Shown piece by piece: positions 19,180 to 27,861 of a DNA stretch of 33,617 bases. A model generated the notes under the pieces. The model worked only from the letters and a program-made list of their open reading frames with translations. It was not told the DNA's origin and made no database searches. The stretch comes from an uncultured Acidimicrobiaceae bacterium. Its GTDB lineage: Bacteria > Actinomycetota > Acidimicrobiia > Spongiisociales > UBA5794. Both the position numbers and the translations under genes were made by a program. Position 1 is the first letter of the stretch. Every line of letters begins with the position of its first letter. The stretch lies in assembly GCA_964647265.1 (NCBI GenBank), contig CAZYGP010000002.1:1-33617 (forward strand). Reading direction: 5' to 3'.

Positions 19180-20951
19180 ATACGCTCCGGAACGTCGATC
19201 CCCAACAGATCGAGAAGGAGCGCGAGTGTGCGCAATGTCGTATCCACGAGCGTCAGCCATGAAGCCTGACGCAGCCCGTCCGGCTCATTCAGGATGTGAC
19301 AGTGCTCGTAGAAGCGGCTGAAGTCGGTGGCCACGTCGTACGCGTACTCGGCGATCACGTTCGGACCGCGGAGATCCGCTGCCCGACCCAGGATCTCGGG
19401 AAGGCGAATCAGCCTCAGCATGAGCGCCCGTTCGACGTCCACGGACGGGGAGGCAACGGTACCGGCCACGAGACCGGCATCCGCCGCCCTCCTGAGGATG
19501 GACTTGATCCTCACCGCCGAGTACTGGAGATAAGGACCCGTCTTGCCTTCGAATGCGGAGAACCGGTCGATGTCGAAGACGTAGTTCGACGTCCGGTGAT
19601 TCGAGAGGTCGCCGAACTTGAGCGCTGCGAGTCCCACCTTCCTCGCAATCTCTTCCTGCTCATCGGCGGGGTAGTCGTCCGCGATGTGCGCCTCCCTCAG
19701 CCGTGACCGTGCAGCGTCGGTTACGAGTTCGATCAGGTCACCGAGGCGGAGAACGCCGCCCTCGCGGGTCTTGAACGGCTTCCCGTCGACACCGTTCACG
19801 GTCCCGAAGCCGACGTGCTCGAGCTGCACCCCGTCGGCGGCGATGCCGGCTCTCCGGGCTGCCCGAAAGACCTGCTCGAAGTGCAACCCCTGGCGTGCGT
19901 CCACGACGTACAGGCCGAGGTTCATCCCCATATCGGTCACCCGCATGTCGATCGTGGCGAGGTCGGTCGTCGAGTACAGATAGGAACCGTCGGAGCGGGT
20001 GAGGAGCAGCGGTGGAAGCTCCTTCTTGTCCGTCGGCTCCGAGACATCGACGATCACAGCACCATCGCTCACCCGCGCAACACCTCTGGAAAGGAGGTCC
20101 TTCACCATCGGCTCGAGGCGATCGTTGACCGTTGACTCCCCGTACCAGACATCGAATTCGACGCCGAGTTGCTCGAAGTCCTTCGTCTGTTCGGCGACGG
20201 AGACATCGTGGAAGTGCTTCCAGAGCGCGAGGTATCCCACCCTCCCGTTCTGGAGGTCGAACGTCGCTCTTCGGGCTCGTTCCGCAACCGCGGGATCCTC
20301 GGCACACCGACGGGTGATCACCGGGTACATGTCGGAGAGGTCGTCGAGGGTGACGGGAGAATCCTCGGGGTACGGTCCATCGGATGCGGGCTCGAAGGCC
20401 TCGTCGAAGTACGGGAGGCCAGGCGCGCGATCCTCGAGCTCCACGATGAGCTGGCCTATCGGCATCCCCCAATCCCCCATGTGGATGTCCCCGATGGTGT
20501 GATGACCGAGGAATCGGAAGAGCCGCTTGATCGACTCACCGATGACGGCTGCACGAAGATGGCCGACGTGGAGGGCCTTCGACATGTTCGGACCCCCGTA
20601 GTCGACGACTACGGTGAGCACACTCGTCACGGCGGGCACGCCGAGCCTCGGATCCCCCGCCATCTCAGAGATTGCGGATCCGACGGTGTCGGGGCGCAGG
20701 ACGATGTTGATGAACCCCGGACCAGCGACGGAAACGTCGGCGATGTCGGCGACCAAGGCGCTGGCAACAACATCGGCCGCCAGATCCCGCGGTGGTCTGC
20801 CGACCTGTGCTGCTGCGCCCATGGCACCGTTGCACTGGAAGTCCGCCAGCTCAGGGCGCTGGGACGCGACGACCTCTCCGAAGGCCCGGTCTGACCCGTG
20901 GGCTGCGAACGCGTCGGCGAATCGCTCGGTGAGGATGGACTGGATCGACAT
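19176..20951 (-). CDS. argS: Arginine--tRNA ligase
   Basis: 591 aa with class I motifs: HIGH-like NMSKALHVGHLR and KMSK-like region FGTVNGVDGKPFKTREG. C-terminal DALR anticodon-binding-like domain ending in ...PERM. ATG start. Confidence 0.92.
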   Translation of the reverse strand: MSIQSILTERFADAFAAHGSDRAFGEVVASQRPELADFQCNGAMGAAAQVGRPPRDLAADVVASALVADIADVSVAGPGFINIVLRPDTVGSAISEMAGDPRLGVPAVTSVLTVVVDYGGPNMSKALHVGHLRAAVIGESIKRLFRFLGHHTIGDIHMGDWGMPIGQLIVELEDRAPGLPYFDEAFEPASDGPYPEDSPVTLDDLSDMYPVITRRCAEDPAVAERARRATFDLQNGRVGYLALWKHFHDVSVAEQTKDFEQLGVEFDVWYGESTVNDRLEPMVKDLLSRGVARVSDGAVIVDVSEPTDKKELPPLLLTRSDGSYLYSTTDLATIDMRVTDMGMNLGLYVVDARQGLHFEQVFRAARRAGIAADGVQLEHVGFGTVNGVDGKPFKTREGGVLRLGDLIELVTDAARSRLREAHIADDYPADEQEEIARKVGLAALKFGDLSNHRTSNYVFDIDRFSAFEGKTGPYLQYSAVRIKSILRRAADAGLVAGTVASPSVDVERALMLRLIRLPEILGRAADLRGPNVIAEYAYDVATDFSRFYEHCHILNEPDGLRQASWLTLVDTTLRTLALLLDLLGIDVPERM

Positions 20952-21005
20952 GGCCTCGCTCGGTCAGGAATCCGCCTCCGAAGGCCGGTGGCGGATGAGC
21001 AAGGT

Positions 21006-21011
21006 TACAAT
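21006..21011 (+). promoter_or_regulatory. Candidate -10 hexamer TACAAT for the tRNA-Arg gene
   Basis: TACAAT ends 8 nt before the mature tRNA 5' end. I found no convincing -35 element. Confidence 0.3.
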
Positions 21012-21019
21012 CGGCGTGC

Positions 21020-21091
21020 GCCCCAGTAGCTCAGGGGATAGAGCATCGGCCTCCGGAGCCGGGAGCGCAGGTTCGAATCCTGCCTGGGGCA
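21020..21091 (+). tRNA. tRNA-Arg (anticodon CCG)
   Basis: Hand-folded cloverleaf. Acceptor GCCCCAG/CTGGGGC; D stem GCTC/GAGC; anticodon stem TCGGC/GCCGG with loop CTCCGGA. 4-nt variable region; T stem GCAGG/CCTGC with loop TTCGAAT; discriminator A. No encoded CCA. Confidence 0.9.
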
Positions 21092-21112
21092 CGTACGGCG
21101 CGGCCGGTTCCG

Positions 21113-21571
21113 CTACTGGGGGTCGAGGGTCTCGCGGACGATCCTGTTGACGAGGGCGCCGTCGACATCCTCCCCAGACTTCATGACGGCCCCGATGATC
21201 TGTCCGACCGGCGTCTCTCGCGTTGCACCCAGATCGGCGATCGTACGTTCGACGAGACTGCGAGTGGCGGCTTCGCCGAGCTTCGCCGGAAGGAAGCGGG
21301 TCAGATAGTCGATCTCGAAGGCGAGTTCGGACGCCTGCTGTGCACCCGCATCGCCCATGGCCACGTACTCGGCCCTCGACTTGTCGATCCGCTTCACGTA
21401 GGTCGTGATCGTCGCGATGTACAGGTCGTCGTCGATGCGACCAGAGAACCCGGGGGCGGACTTCGCCATCGAGACCTCGGCCTGAACGGAACGTATGGCG
21501 TTCAGCGTGGGCTTGTCCTTCGCCTTCATTGCCGCCGTCTGGTCGGCGGCGAGGCGCTCCTGAATGGTCAT
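21113..21571 (-). CDS. GatB/YqeY domain-containing protein
   Basis: 152 aa. MTIQERLAADQTAAMKAKDKPTLNAIRSVQAEV...IDYLTRFLPAKL...GQIIGAVMK matches the YqeY-like pattern. ATG at 21569-21571; the longer track ORF is rejected. Confidence 0.8.
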   Translation of the reverse strand: MTIQERLAADQTAAMKAKDKPTLNAIRSVQAEVSMAKSAPGFSGRIDDDLYIATITTYVKRIDKSRAEYVAMGDAGAQQASELAFEIDYLTRFLPAKLGEAATRSLVERTIADLGATRETPVGQIIGAVMKSGEDVDGALVNRIVRETLDPQ

Positions 21572-21699
21572 GCGATGACTCCATTGGCTCGGTAGGTGTG
21601 GAGAGAAGCCTAGAAAGCGGCCGCTCACCGTCGCCCTCGGGCCGATGCTCCGATGTATCCGGTCGGTCGCTGCCCGGCCGGACCCGGAACAGTCTGAGA

Positions 21700-21717
21700 T
21701 GTCAAAACCGTTTGACA
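21700..21717. promoter_or_regulatory. Palindrome TGTCAAA-ACCG-TTTGACA upstream of whiB
   Basis: Perfect 7-bp inverted arms with a 4-nt spacer, read directly from the sequence. It lies in the locally AT-richer yqeY/whiB divergent intergenic region. Confidence 0.45.
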
Positions 21718-21729
21718 CTGTGGGAGGTT

Positions 21730-21745
21730 TGTGAAAAACTTCACA
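21730..21745. promoter_or_regulatory. CRP/FNR-family binding site TGTGA-AAAACT-TCACA
   Basis: Exact match to both half-sites of the TGTGA-N6-TCACA consensus. Its centre is about 42 nt upstream of the whiB GTG. Confidence 0.6.
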
Positions 21746-21779
21746 TTGCCCCGCCCCAACCACGCCAAGGAGACGTTCC

Positions 21780-22052
21780 GTGCTCACCGTCACCGACTGG
21801 AGAGAGCTGTCAGCCTGTCGCGACTCGGATCCTGACATCTTCTTCCCCGTCGGAACCACTGGACCTGCCATCGACATGATCGAACGTGCGACTGCGATCT
21901 GCAGTGCGTGCACCGTCGCCGAGGAGTGCCTCCTCTACGCCCTCGAGACGAATCAGGAAGCAGGAGTGTGGGGCGGACTGCCCGAGGATGACCGTCGCCG
22001 GTATCGCAAGCGTTGGCTGGCCGAACGGCGCAGGGCACGCCACGCCAGCTGA
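21780..22052 (+). CDS. whiB: WhiB-family (WhiB1/WblE-like) Fe-S transcriptional regulator
   Basis: Four Cys (C13, C41, C44, C50; CSACTVAEEC). Motifs DWR..ACRD.DPDIFFPVG..GPA and GVWGG. Basic tail RRRYRKRWLAERRRARH. GTG start with AAGGAGA 6 nt upstream. Confidence 0.9.
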   Translation: MLTVTDWRELSACRDSDPDIFFPVGTTGPAIDMIERATAICSACTVAEECLLYALETNQEAGVWGGLPEDDRRRYRKRWLAERRRARHAS

Positions 22053-22076
22053 CCAGGCGATCACCGTATTCGAACG

Positions 22077-22108
22077 AAGGACCCGGACCCCGGACCCGGG
22101 TCCTTTCT
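22077..22108. terminator. GC-rich hairpin between convergent whiB and DUF3107 genes (candidate bidirectional intrinsic terminator)
   Basis: AAGGACCCGG-(9-nt loop)-CCGGGTCCTT followed by TCT on the plus strand. On the minus strand the same stem is followed by TTCGTTCG. Confidence 0.55.
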
Positions 22109-22130
22109 GCATTCGCTGAAGACTTCCGTC

Positions 22131-22364
22131 TCAGGATCGGCCGAACCCCACGCCGCGCTCTTGGGGTTTGTCGAACTCGATGAAGGCGATCGACTGGACG
22201 GCGATGCCGAACCGATGGCCACGTGCATCCGTGATCCACAGAACGGGTTCGGACGTCTTGACGGCTTGTGTGTATGCATCGATGACGACCTGGGTCTCGG
22301 TCACCTCGAGTTCGAGCTCACGAGCCGATGCGACGCCGATCCTGACCTTGAACTTCTCGCTCAT
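22131..22364 (-). CDS. DUF3107 domain-containing protein
   Basis: 77 aa. KVRIGVASARELELEV...VLWITDARGHRFGIAVQSIAFIEF...RGVGF fits the actinobacterial DUF3107 pattern. Confidence 0.75.
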   Translation of the reverse strand: MSEKFKVRIGVASARELELEVTETQVVIDAYTQAVKTSEPVLWITDARGHRFGIAVQSIAFIEFDKPQERGVGFGRS

Positions 22365-22397
22365 TGCGGTCCTCCCTTTCGGACACGATGCTACCCA

Positions 22398-23504
22398 TCA
22401 CGAGATGACGAGCTCGGGGTGTGATCTGAGTCTCGGTCCCCGCGCAACGACCTGCTCTGCGAGGGCGGCGAATGCTCGGGCAGCATCGCCGCCGGGGTCG
22501 ACGACAGTGATCGGTCGGCCATCGTCGGCGCCTTCCCGAAGCGCCGCCACGAGCGGGATCTGGCCGAGGAGGGGCACCTCGAGCTGTTCGGAGAGCGCCT
22601 GCCCTCCACCGCTGCCGAAGATCTCATAGCGCTTCCCGTCGTCTCCGGTGAACCACGACATGTTCTCGACGATCCCGATGATGTCCTGGTTCACCTTGCG
22701 AGCCATGAGTCCCGCGCGCGCCGCGACGCGCTGTGCCGTTGGCTGAGGTGTCGTCACGACGAGGATCTCGGACCGGGGAAGGTACTGGCTGATCGAGATC
22801 GCCACATCACCAGTTCCGGGGGGCATGTCGATGAGCAGGTAATCGATGTCGCCCCAGTGGACGTCCACCAGGAACTGCTCGAGCGCCTTGTGGAGCATCG
22901 GACCCCGCCATACCACGGCCTGATCTGGTTGGACGAAGAAGTCCATCGAGATCACCGCGACCCCGTGCGCCTCCGGCGGCAACAGCATGTCGTCGATGAC
23001 GGTCGGGGGCCGGTCCACGCCCAGCATCTTGGGTATCGAGAAGCCCCACACGTCGGCGTCGATGATGCCTACCCGAAGCCCCAGTGCCGCGAGCGCAACC
23101 GCGAGGTTCGCCGTCACGGACGACTTCCCAACGCCACCTTTTCCCGACGCCACACCGATGACCCTGGTCTTGCTTCCAGGCTTGCCGATCGTGACCTCGC
23201 GGGTTTGGGCCGAACCACCGCGGAGGTCCGCCGACAGCGCTGCGCGCTCCTCGTCCGTCATCGAGGTGAACGAGACTTCAACCCCCGTCACCCCCTCCAC
23301 GCTCATCGCAGCTGCTGTCACATCGCCGTTCAGCTGGTCCTTGAGCGGGCAGCCGGGGATCGTGAGCGCGATGAGCACGGATACGAGACCGTCAGTGACC
23401 TCCAGCTCCCTGACCATGCCGAGGTCGCCGAGGGATCGATGGATCTCGGGATCCTCGACGCGTTCGATGGCCGCTCGCACGGCGCCGACATCTGGCATGG
23501 TCAT
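22398..23504 (-). CDS. mrp: Mrp/ApbC/NBP35-family Fe-S cluster carrier ATPase with N-terminal DUF59/MIP18 domain
   Basis: DUF59-like region VEDPEIHRSLGDLGMV...LTIPGCPL. Deviant Walker A VASGKGGVGKSS. Motifs DADVWG and DMPPGTGD. Start is ATG 23504 or ATG 23498. Confidence 0.88.
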   Translation of the reverse strand: MTMPDVGAVRAAIERVEDPEIHRSLGDLGMVRELEVTDGLVSVLIALTIPGCPLKDQLNGDVTAAAMSVEGVTGVEVSFTSMTDEERAALSADLRGGSAQTREVTIGKPGSKTRVIGVASGKGGVGKSSVTANLAVALAALGLRVGIIDADVWGFSIPKMLGVDRPPTVIDDMLLPPEAHGVAVISMDFFVQPDQAVVWRGPMLHKALEQFLVDVHWGDIDYLLIDMPPGTGDVAISISQYLPRSEILVVTTPQPTAQRVAARAGLMARKVNQDIIGIVENMSWFTGDDGKRYEIFGSGGGQALSEQLEVPLLGQIPLVAALREGADDGRPITVVDPGGDAARAFAALAEQVVARGPRLRSHPELVIS

Positions 23505-23614
23505 CAACTCCCATCGGGTGGCATCGGGAGGGTAGCGACCAGGGATCCCCACGAACCCGGGGCCGCGAGCCGCGGTCGCGTGATCGTCCCCGTATGATTC
23601 GTGGAGGAGACGAC

Positions 23615-24280
23615 ATGCGATCGAATACATTCGATGCCCAGATCGAGGAGATCACCGGTGCCCTCGGTGATGCCACCCGCCGCGGCATCTACGTGATGAT
23701 CCGCGAGTCCCACGAGCCCCTGACCGCGGGCCAGATCGCCGCAGCCTTCGAGATCCATCCCAACGTCGCACGGCACCATCTGGACAGGCTCCACTCGAAC
23801 GAGTTCATCCGGATCTCCGACCGTCCGCTCGCCTCACCGACGGCGGGTCGACCTGCGAAGCGATATGAGGTGACGGACAAATCCGTCTCCGTCCAGTACT
23901 CGGCAGCGAAGTACGACGCGCTGGCGGGTTTGCTCACCACGATCATCGACCGATTGGATGACGGTTCAGCACTTGCGGTCGCCGAGGAGGTTGGACACAC
24001 CTATGGGCGGTCACTCGGCGCGGAGATCGGGATCCCCGAGGATGAGGGCTATGAGACCGCTGCGATGGCCGTCGCCACCGCGATGATGGGTCGCGGTCTC
24101 GGGACGTCGACGATTCCCGGTGAGAACCGTATTGTCGCCCACTTCTGCCCCCTCGCAGACGATGGGGACGAGATGTCCGAAGTCATCCGTCGCATCGACC
24201 AGGGGATCATCCGCGGTCTCCTCGAGTCGGCTGCCGAGAGGCCGGTACCGCTCGAGGTCGGTCACGCCACGGGCGCGTGA
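23615..24280 (+). CDS. Winged helix-turn-helix transcriptional regulator (ArsR/SufR-like N-terminus, unassigned C-terminal domain)
   Basis: wHTH region ALGDATRRGIYVMIRESHEPLTAGQIAAAFEIHPNVARHHLDRLHSNEFI...GRPAKRYEVT. ATG 23615 is preferred over ATG 23594 because GGAGGAGA lies 5 nt upstream. Divergent from mrp. Confidence 0.65.
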   Translation: MRSNTFDAQIEEITGALGDATRRGIYVMIRESHEPLTAGQIAAAFEIHPNVARHHLDRLHSNEFIRISDRPLASPTAGRPAKRYEVTDKSVSVQYSAAKYDALAGLLTTIIDRLDDGSALAVAEEVGHTYGRSLGAEIGIPEDEGYETAAMAVATAMMGRGLGTSTIPGENRIVAHFCPLADDGDEMSEVIRRIDQGIIRGLLESAAERPVPLEVGHATGA

Positions 24281-24306
24281 TCGGCGTCCGCTCGCGAGCT
24301 TCGTCC

Positions 24307-26982
24307 CTACGTTCCACTCGCCATCTGCCGCACGACCATGTGCAGGATCCCTCCGTGGCGCAGGTAGTCGATCTCGATGGGCGTGTCACATCGGGCGGTT
24401 GCATTGAAGGTGACCTGTGTCCCGTCACCCGACATCGCCCGAACCGTGACCTCCTGTTGAGGGACGAGGGAGTCGTCGACGTCGACGTCGAACACTTCCG
24501 TGCCGTCGAGGCCGAGTGACTCCGCGTTCTGGCCGTCCGCGAAGGTGAGCGGGAGCACGCCCATCATCACGAGGTTCGACCGATGGATGCGTTCGAAGCT
24601 CTCTGCGATGACTGCCTTGACACCAAGGAGGAACGTTCCCTTCGCAGCCCAGTCACGCGAGGAACCCATGCCGTAATCGACCCCGGCGAGGACGACGAGG
24701 GGGATCCCGGAAGCCTGGTATGACAGGCTCGCCTCGTACACGGTCTTGACGGCCCCATCGGTGAAGTCGGTCGTGTATCCACCCTCGGTGCCCGGTGCGA
24801 GCTGGTTCCGGACGCGAACGTTGGCGAACGTCCCCCGTGTCATGACGCGGTCATTGCCGCGCCGCGAACCGTACGAGTTGAACATCCGGGGACTCACACC
24901 AGCGTCGATCAGGAACCGTCCCGCAGGCGTATCAGGCCCGATCGCGCCGGCCGGTGAGATGTGGTCGGTCGTGACGGAGTCCCCGAGCTTGAGCAGTGCC
25001 CTCGCCCCGGCGATCGGCGAGATCGGTGTTGGATCGGGTCCGAGGTCTAGGAAGAACGGTGGTTCCTGGACGTACGTGGAGCTCGGATCCCAGTCGAAGA
25101 GGGCTCCACCCGATGTCTCGATCGCCTTCCACTGGCCAGATCCCTCGAACACGGAGGCGTACTGGTGGATGAACTGAGCGCGTGTCACGGATGCTGCGAC
25201 GGTCTCGTCGATCTCGCGTTGAGTTGGCCAGATGTCGGCGAGGTAGACCTCCTCCCCGTCATGGTCCGTGCCGATCGGTTCGGTGGTGAGGTCGATGTCA
25301 ACCGTTCCGGCGAGCGCATATGCGACGACCAGCGGCGGGCTGGCGAGATAGTTCGCCCTGACGTCAGAGCTGATCCTGCCCTCGAAGTTCCGGTTGCCGG
25401 ACAGGACAGAGGTCACCACGAGGCCATTCGAGCGCACGGCCTCCGCGATCGGATCAGGGAGCGGTCCCGAGTTCCCGATACAAGTCGTGCACCCGTAACC
25501 CACGGTGTAGAAGCCGACAGCCTCGAGGTCGGCGAGGAGTCCCGACGTGGCGAGATAGTCCGTCACGACCTTCGATCCGGGAGCGAGGGACGTCTTGACC
25601 CAGGGCTTGCGGTTCAAGCCCCGCTCGCGTGCCTTGCGGGCCACCAATCCGGCGCCCACCATCACCTCCGGATTCGAGGTGTTCGTGCAGCTGGTGATCG
25701 CCGCGATGACGACGTGACCGTCTGACAGGGTGAAGGCCGCGCCATCGAAGGTGACGTCCTCGACGTTGCCCTTCCCACCCTCGGGGCGCAGGTGGCCTTC
25801 GAGGTCCACATGCCATTGCTCCTTCATCGCAGGCAGTTCCACCCGGTCCTGGGGGCGCTTGGGGCCGGCGAGGGACGGCACGACGGTCGACATGTCGAGT
25901 TCGAGGTCCGCGCTGTACGTGATCGGGCGTTCGTCGTCCCTCCACATCCCCTGGAGCCGGTAGTACTGCTCGACCGTCGCCAGGAGCTCCTCGGGCCTCC
26001 CTGAGAGGCGGAGGTATTGGATGGTCATCTCGTCGACGGGGAAGAAGCCGACGGTCGCTCCGTACTCGGGCGCCATGTTCGCGATCGTCGCCCTGTTTGC
26101 GACGGGCATCGTGGCGAGGCCGGGGCCGTGGAACTCAACGAACTTTCCGACCACACCGTGTGCTCGGAGCATCTCCGTGACTCGGAGAACCAGGTCGGTC
26201 GCGGTCGCTCCCTCCGGGAGTCGTCCCGTGAGACGGAATCCGACCACCTCGGGGAGCAGCATGTAGATCGGCTGGCCGACCATGACCGCCTCTGCCTCGA
26301 TCCCTACGACGCCCCAACCGACGACGCCGAGGCCATTGATCATCGTCGTGTGGCTGTCCGTGCCCACGAGCGAGTCCGGGAACAGGACGCCGTGTTCGTC
26401 CCAGACAACCTTCGCGAGGTACTCGAGATTGACCTGGTGGACGATGCCGGTCGCAGGGGGAACGACCGAGAAGTTGTCGAACGCCGATTGGCCCCACTTC
26501 AGGAACTCGTACCGTTCCTGGTTCCTTTCGAATTCGAAGTCCGAGTTGATCGCAAGGGCGTCGGGCGAATTGAACGCATCGACCTGGACGCTGTGGTCGA
26601 CCACCAGATCGGATTGGACCCTTGGGTTGACCTTGGCGGCGGATGCCTCGTCGCCGGTGATCCGAACGATCGCCGCGCGCATGGCTGCCAGGTCGACAAT
26701 GGCGGGAACACCGGTGAAGTCCTGGAGCACGACACGCGCAGGCTTGAAGGCTACCTCGGTTGAGCCGACCTTCGACGCGTCGTACTGCGCCACTGCGCTC
26801 ACGTCCTCGTCGCGCACGACGCGCCCGTCGTGGTTGCGAAGCACGGACTCGAGGAGCACCTTCATGGAGTACGGCAGCGCGTCGACGTCGCCCATGTGGC
26901 GGAGCGCATCGATCCGGAAGACCTCTCGGGGTCCAAGGGGCGTGTCGATGACGTGTCTTGCGGCGAATGGATCGTGCGTCAC
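24307..26982 (-). CDS. acnA: Aconitate hydratase A
   Basis: 891 aa. Fe-S ligand regions [18 protein letters not shown] and [10 protein letters not shown]. Swivel domain ...DHISPAG... GTG start at 26980-26982 has GAGGAG upstream; the track start at 27102 is rejected. Confidence 0.93.
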   Translation of the reverse strand: MTHDPFAARHVIDTPLGPREVFRIDALRHMGDVDALPYSMKVLLESVLRNHDGRVVRDEDVSAVAQYDASKVGSTEVAFKPARVVLQDFTGVPAIVDLAAMRAAIVRITGDEASAAKVNPRVQSDLVVDHSVQVDAFNSPDALAINSDFEFERNQERYEFLKWGQSAFDNFSVVPPATGIVHQVNLEYLAKVVWDEHGVLFPDSLVGTDSHTTMINGLGVVGWGVVGIEAEAVMVGQPIYMLLPEVVGFRLTGRLPEGATATDLVLRVTEMLRAHGVVGKFVEFHGPGLATMPVANRATIANMAPEYGATVGFFPVDEMTIQYLRLSGRPEELLATVEQYYRLQGMWRDDERPITYSADLELDMSTVVPSLAGPKRPQDRVELPAMKEQWHVDLEGHLRPEGGKGNVEDVTFDGAAFTLSDGHVVIAAITSCTNTSNPEVMVGAGLVARKARERGLNRKPWVKTSLAPGSKVVTDYLATSGLLADLEAVGFYTVGYGCTTCIGNSGPLPDPIAEAVRSNGLVVTSVLSGNRNFEGRISSDVRANYLASPPLVVAYALAGTVDIDLTTEPIGTDHDGEEVYLADIWPTQREIDETVAASVTRAQFIHQYASVFEGSGQWKAIETSGGALFDWDPSSTYVQEPPFFLDLGPDPTPISPIAGARALLKLGDSVTTDHISPAGAIGPDTPAGRFLIDAGVSPRMFNSYGSRRGNDRVMTRGTFANVRVRNQLAPGTEGGYTTDFTDGAVKTVYEASLSYQASGIPLVVLAGVDYGMGSSRDWAAKGTFLLGVKAVIAESFERIHRSNLVMMGVLPLTFADGQNAESLGLDGTEVFDVDVDDSLVPQQEVTVRAMSGDGTQVTFNATARCDTPIEIDYLRHGGILHMVVRQMASGT

Positions 26983-27162
26983 GGGCGCTCCTCGGATCTG
27001 AGTGTGTTCGTGTGTTCCAGCATCCAAGATTAGGGGCCGGAATTCAGCGAAATCCTCCGACAAGTCGATCGACGATTGACGATCCCGACAAAGGGAGCGC
27101 ATCTTGTGCCAAGAGGGTTCGTCACCTTCCCTCTCGGCGAAAACGGCTCCATTCTTGCGTCG

Positions 27163-27798
27163 TCAATCGCCCCAGTAGCGCTGCTCGGCGAACGGATCGC
27201 CGTACATGTGGTACCCGTTGCGCTCCCAGAACCCCGGTGAGTCCGCAGTCAGGAGTGTCAGACCGCGAACCCACTTCGCGGACTTCCAGAAGTACAGGTG
27301 CGGAACGACGAGCCGCAAGGGGTAACCGTGCTCGGGTGTGAGCGGCTCACCGTTGTACATCAGCGCGAACATGGACGCCTCGGCGAGAAAGTCGACGACG
27401 GGGAGGTTCGTGGTGTAGCCGTGTTCAGCCCTCACCATGACGTGGGTCACATCTGGGTCGGGATGGATGCGGTCCCAGACGGTCCTGGTGGGTACTCCCT
27501 GCCAGGTCGTGTCCAACTTCGTCCACTTCGTCACGCAGTGGATGTCGGTGGTGATCGTGGACGTCGGCATGTCCATGATGTCGCCCCACGTCAGGCGTTT
27601 CGGTTCGGCGACCGATCCGTCGATGAGGAAGTCCCAGGTCGCAAGGTCGACGTCCGGAACGCTCCCTTCGTGGAGAACGGGAAATCGTTCCGTGTGGTAT
27701 TGACCCGGCGGTAGGCGCTCCGGATCGATACCGAGCGCCACGAGCTCTTCGCGCTTTCTGGTGAAGAAGGACACGATGGCGAGGCTAGACGAGATCAC
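27163..27798 (-). CDS. Sulfite-oxidase-like molybdopterin oxidoreductase (catalytic domain only)
   Basis: 211 aa. Motifs PPGQ...RFPVLH, the Mo-ligand Cys context DIHCVTKWTK, and GYPLRLVVPHLYFWKSAKWV...GFWE..GYH. The start is approximate. Confidence 0.75.
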   Translation of the reverse strand: MISSSLAIVSFFTRKREELVALGIDPERLPPGQYHTERFPVLHEGSVPDVDLATWDFLIDGSVAEPKRLTWGDIMDMPTSTITTDIHCVTKWTKLDTTWQGVPTRTVWDRIHPDPDVTHVMVRAEHGYTTNLPVVDFLAEASMFALMYNGEPLTPEHGYPLRLVVPHLYFWKSAKWVRGLTLLTADSPGFWERNGYHMYGDPFAEQRYWGD

Positions 27799-27861
27799 GC
27801 CTACGGATGACGAGCTCGGTTGCGCGGGCGGCTAGCCAGCCTGCCGACCTATCGTACCGCG

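Noticed and set aside
17848-19269. 473-aa plus-strand ORF covering the whole lysA region
   Set aside because: It is exactly antisense to a strongly recognisable lysA. The protein is R/D/G/V-rich low complexity with no motifs, which is the typical high-GC antisense open frame.
21020-21112. tRNA-Arg as a possible integration (att) site for a genomic island
   Set aside because: There is no integrase, no duplicated tRNA 3' segment and no compositional break downstream. The next genes (yqeY, whiB, DUF3107, mrp) are core actinobacterial genes.
20964-21584. 206-aa minus-strand ORF spanning the tRNA-Arg gene
   Set aside because: It overlaps a well-folding tRNA and is out of frame with the YqeY gene. 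The composition is Arg-rich.
26983-27102. 40-codon upstream extension of the aconitase ORF
   Set aside because: Aconitase homology begins at [10 protein letters not shown], with a GAGGAG ribosome binding site before the GTG at 26982. The extension crosses the AT-richer promoter-like region.
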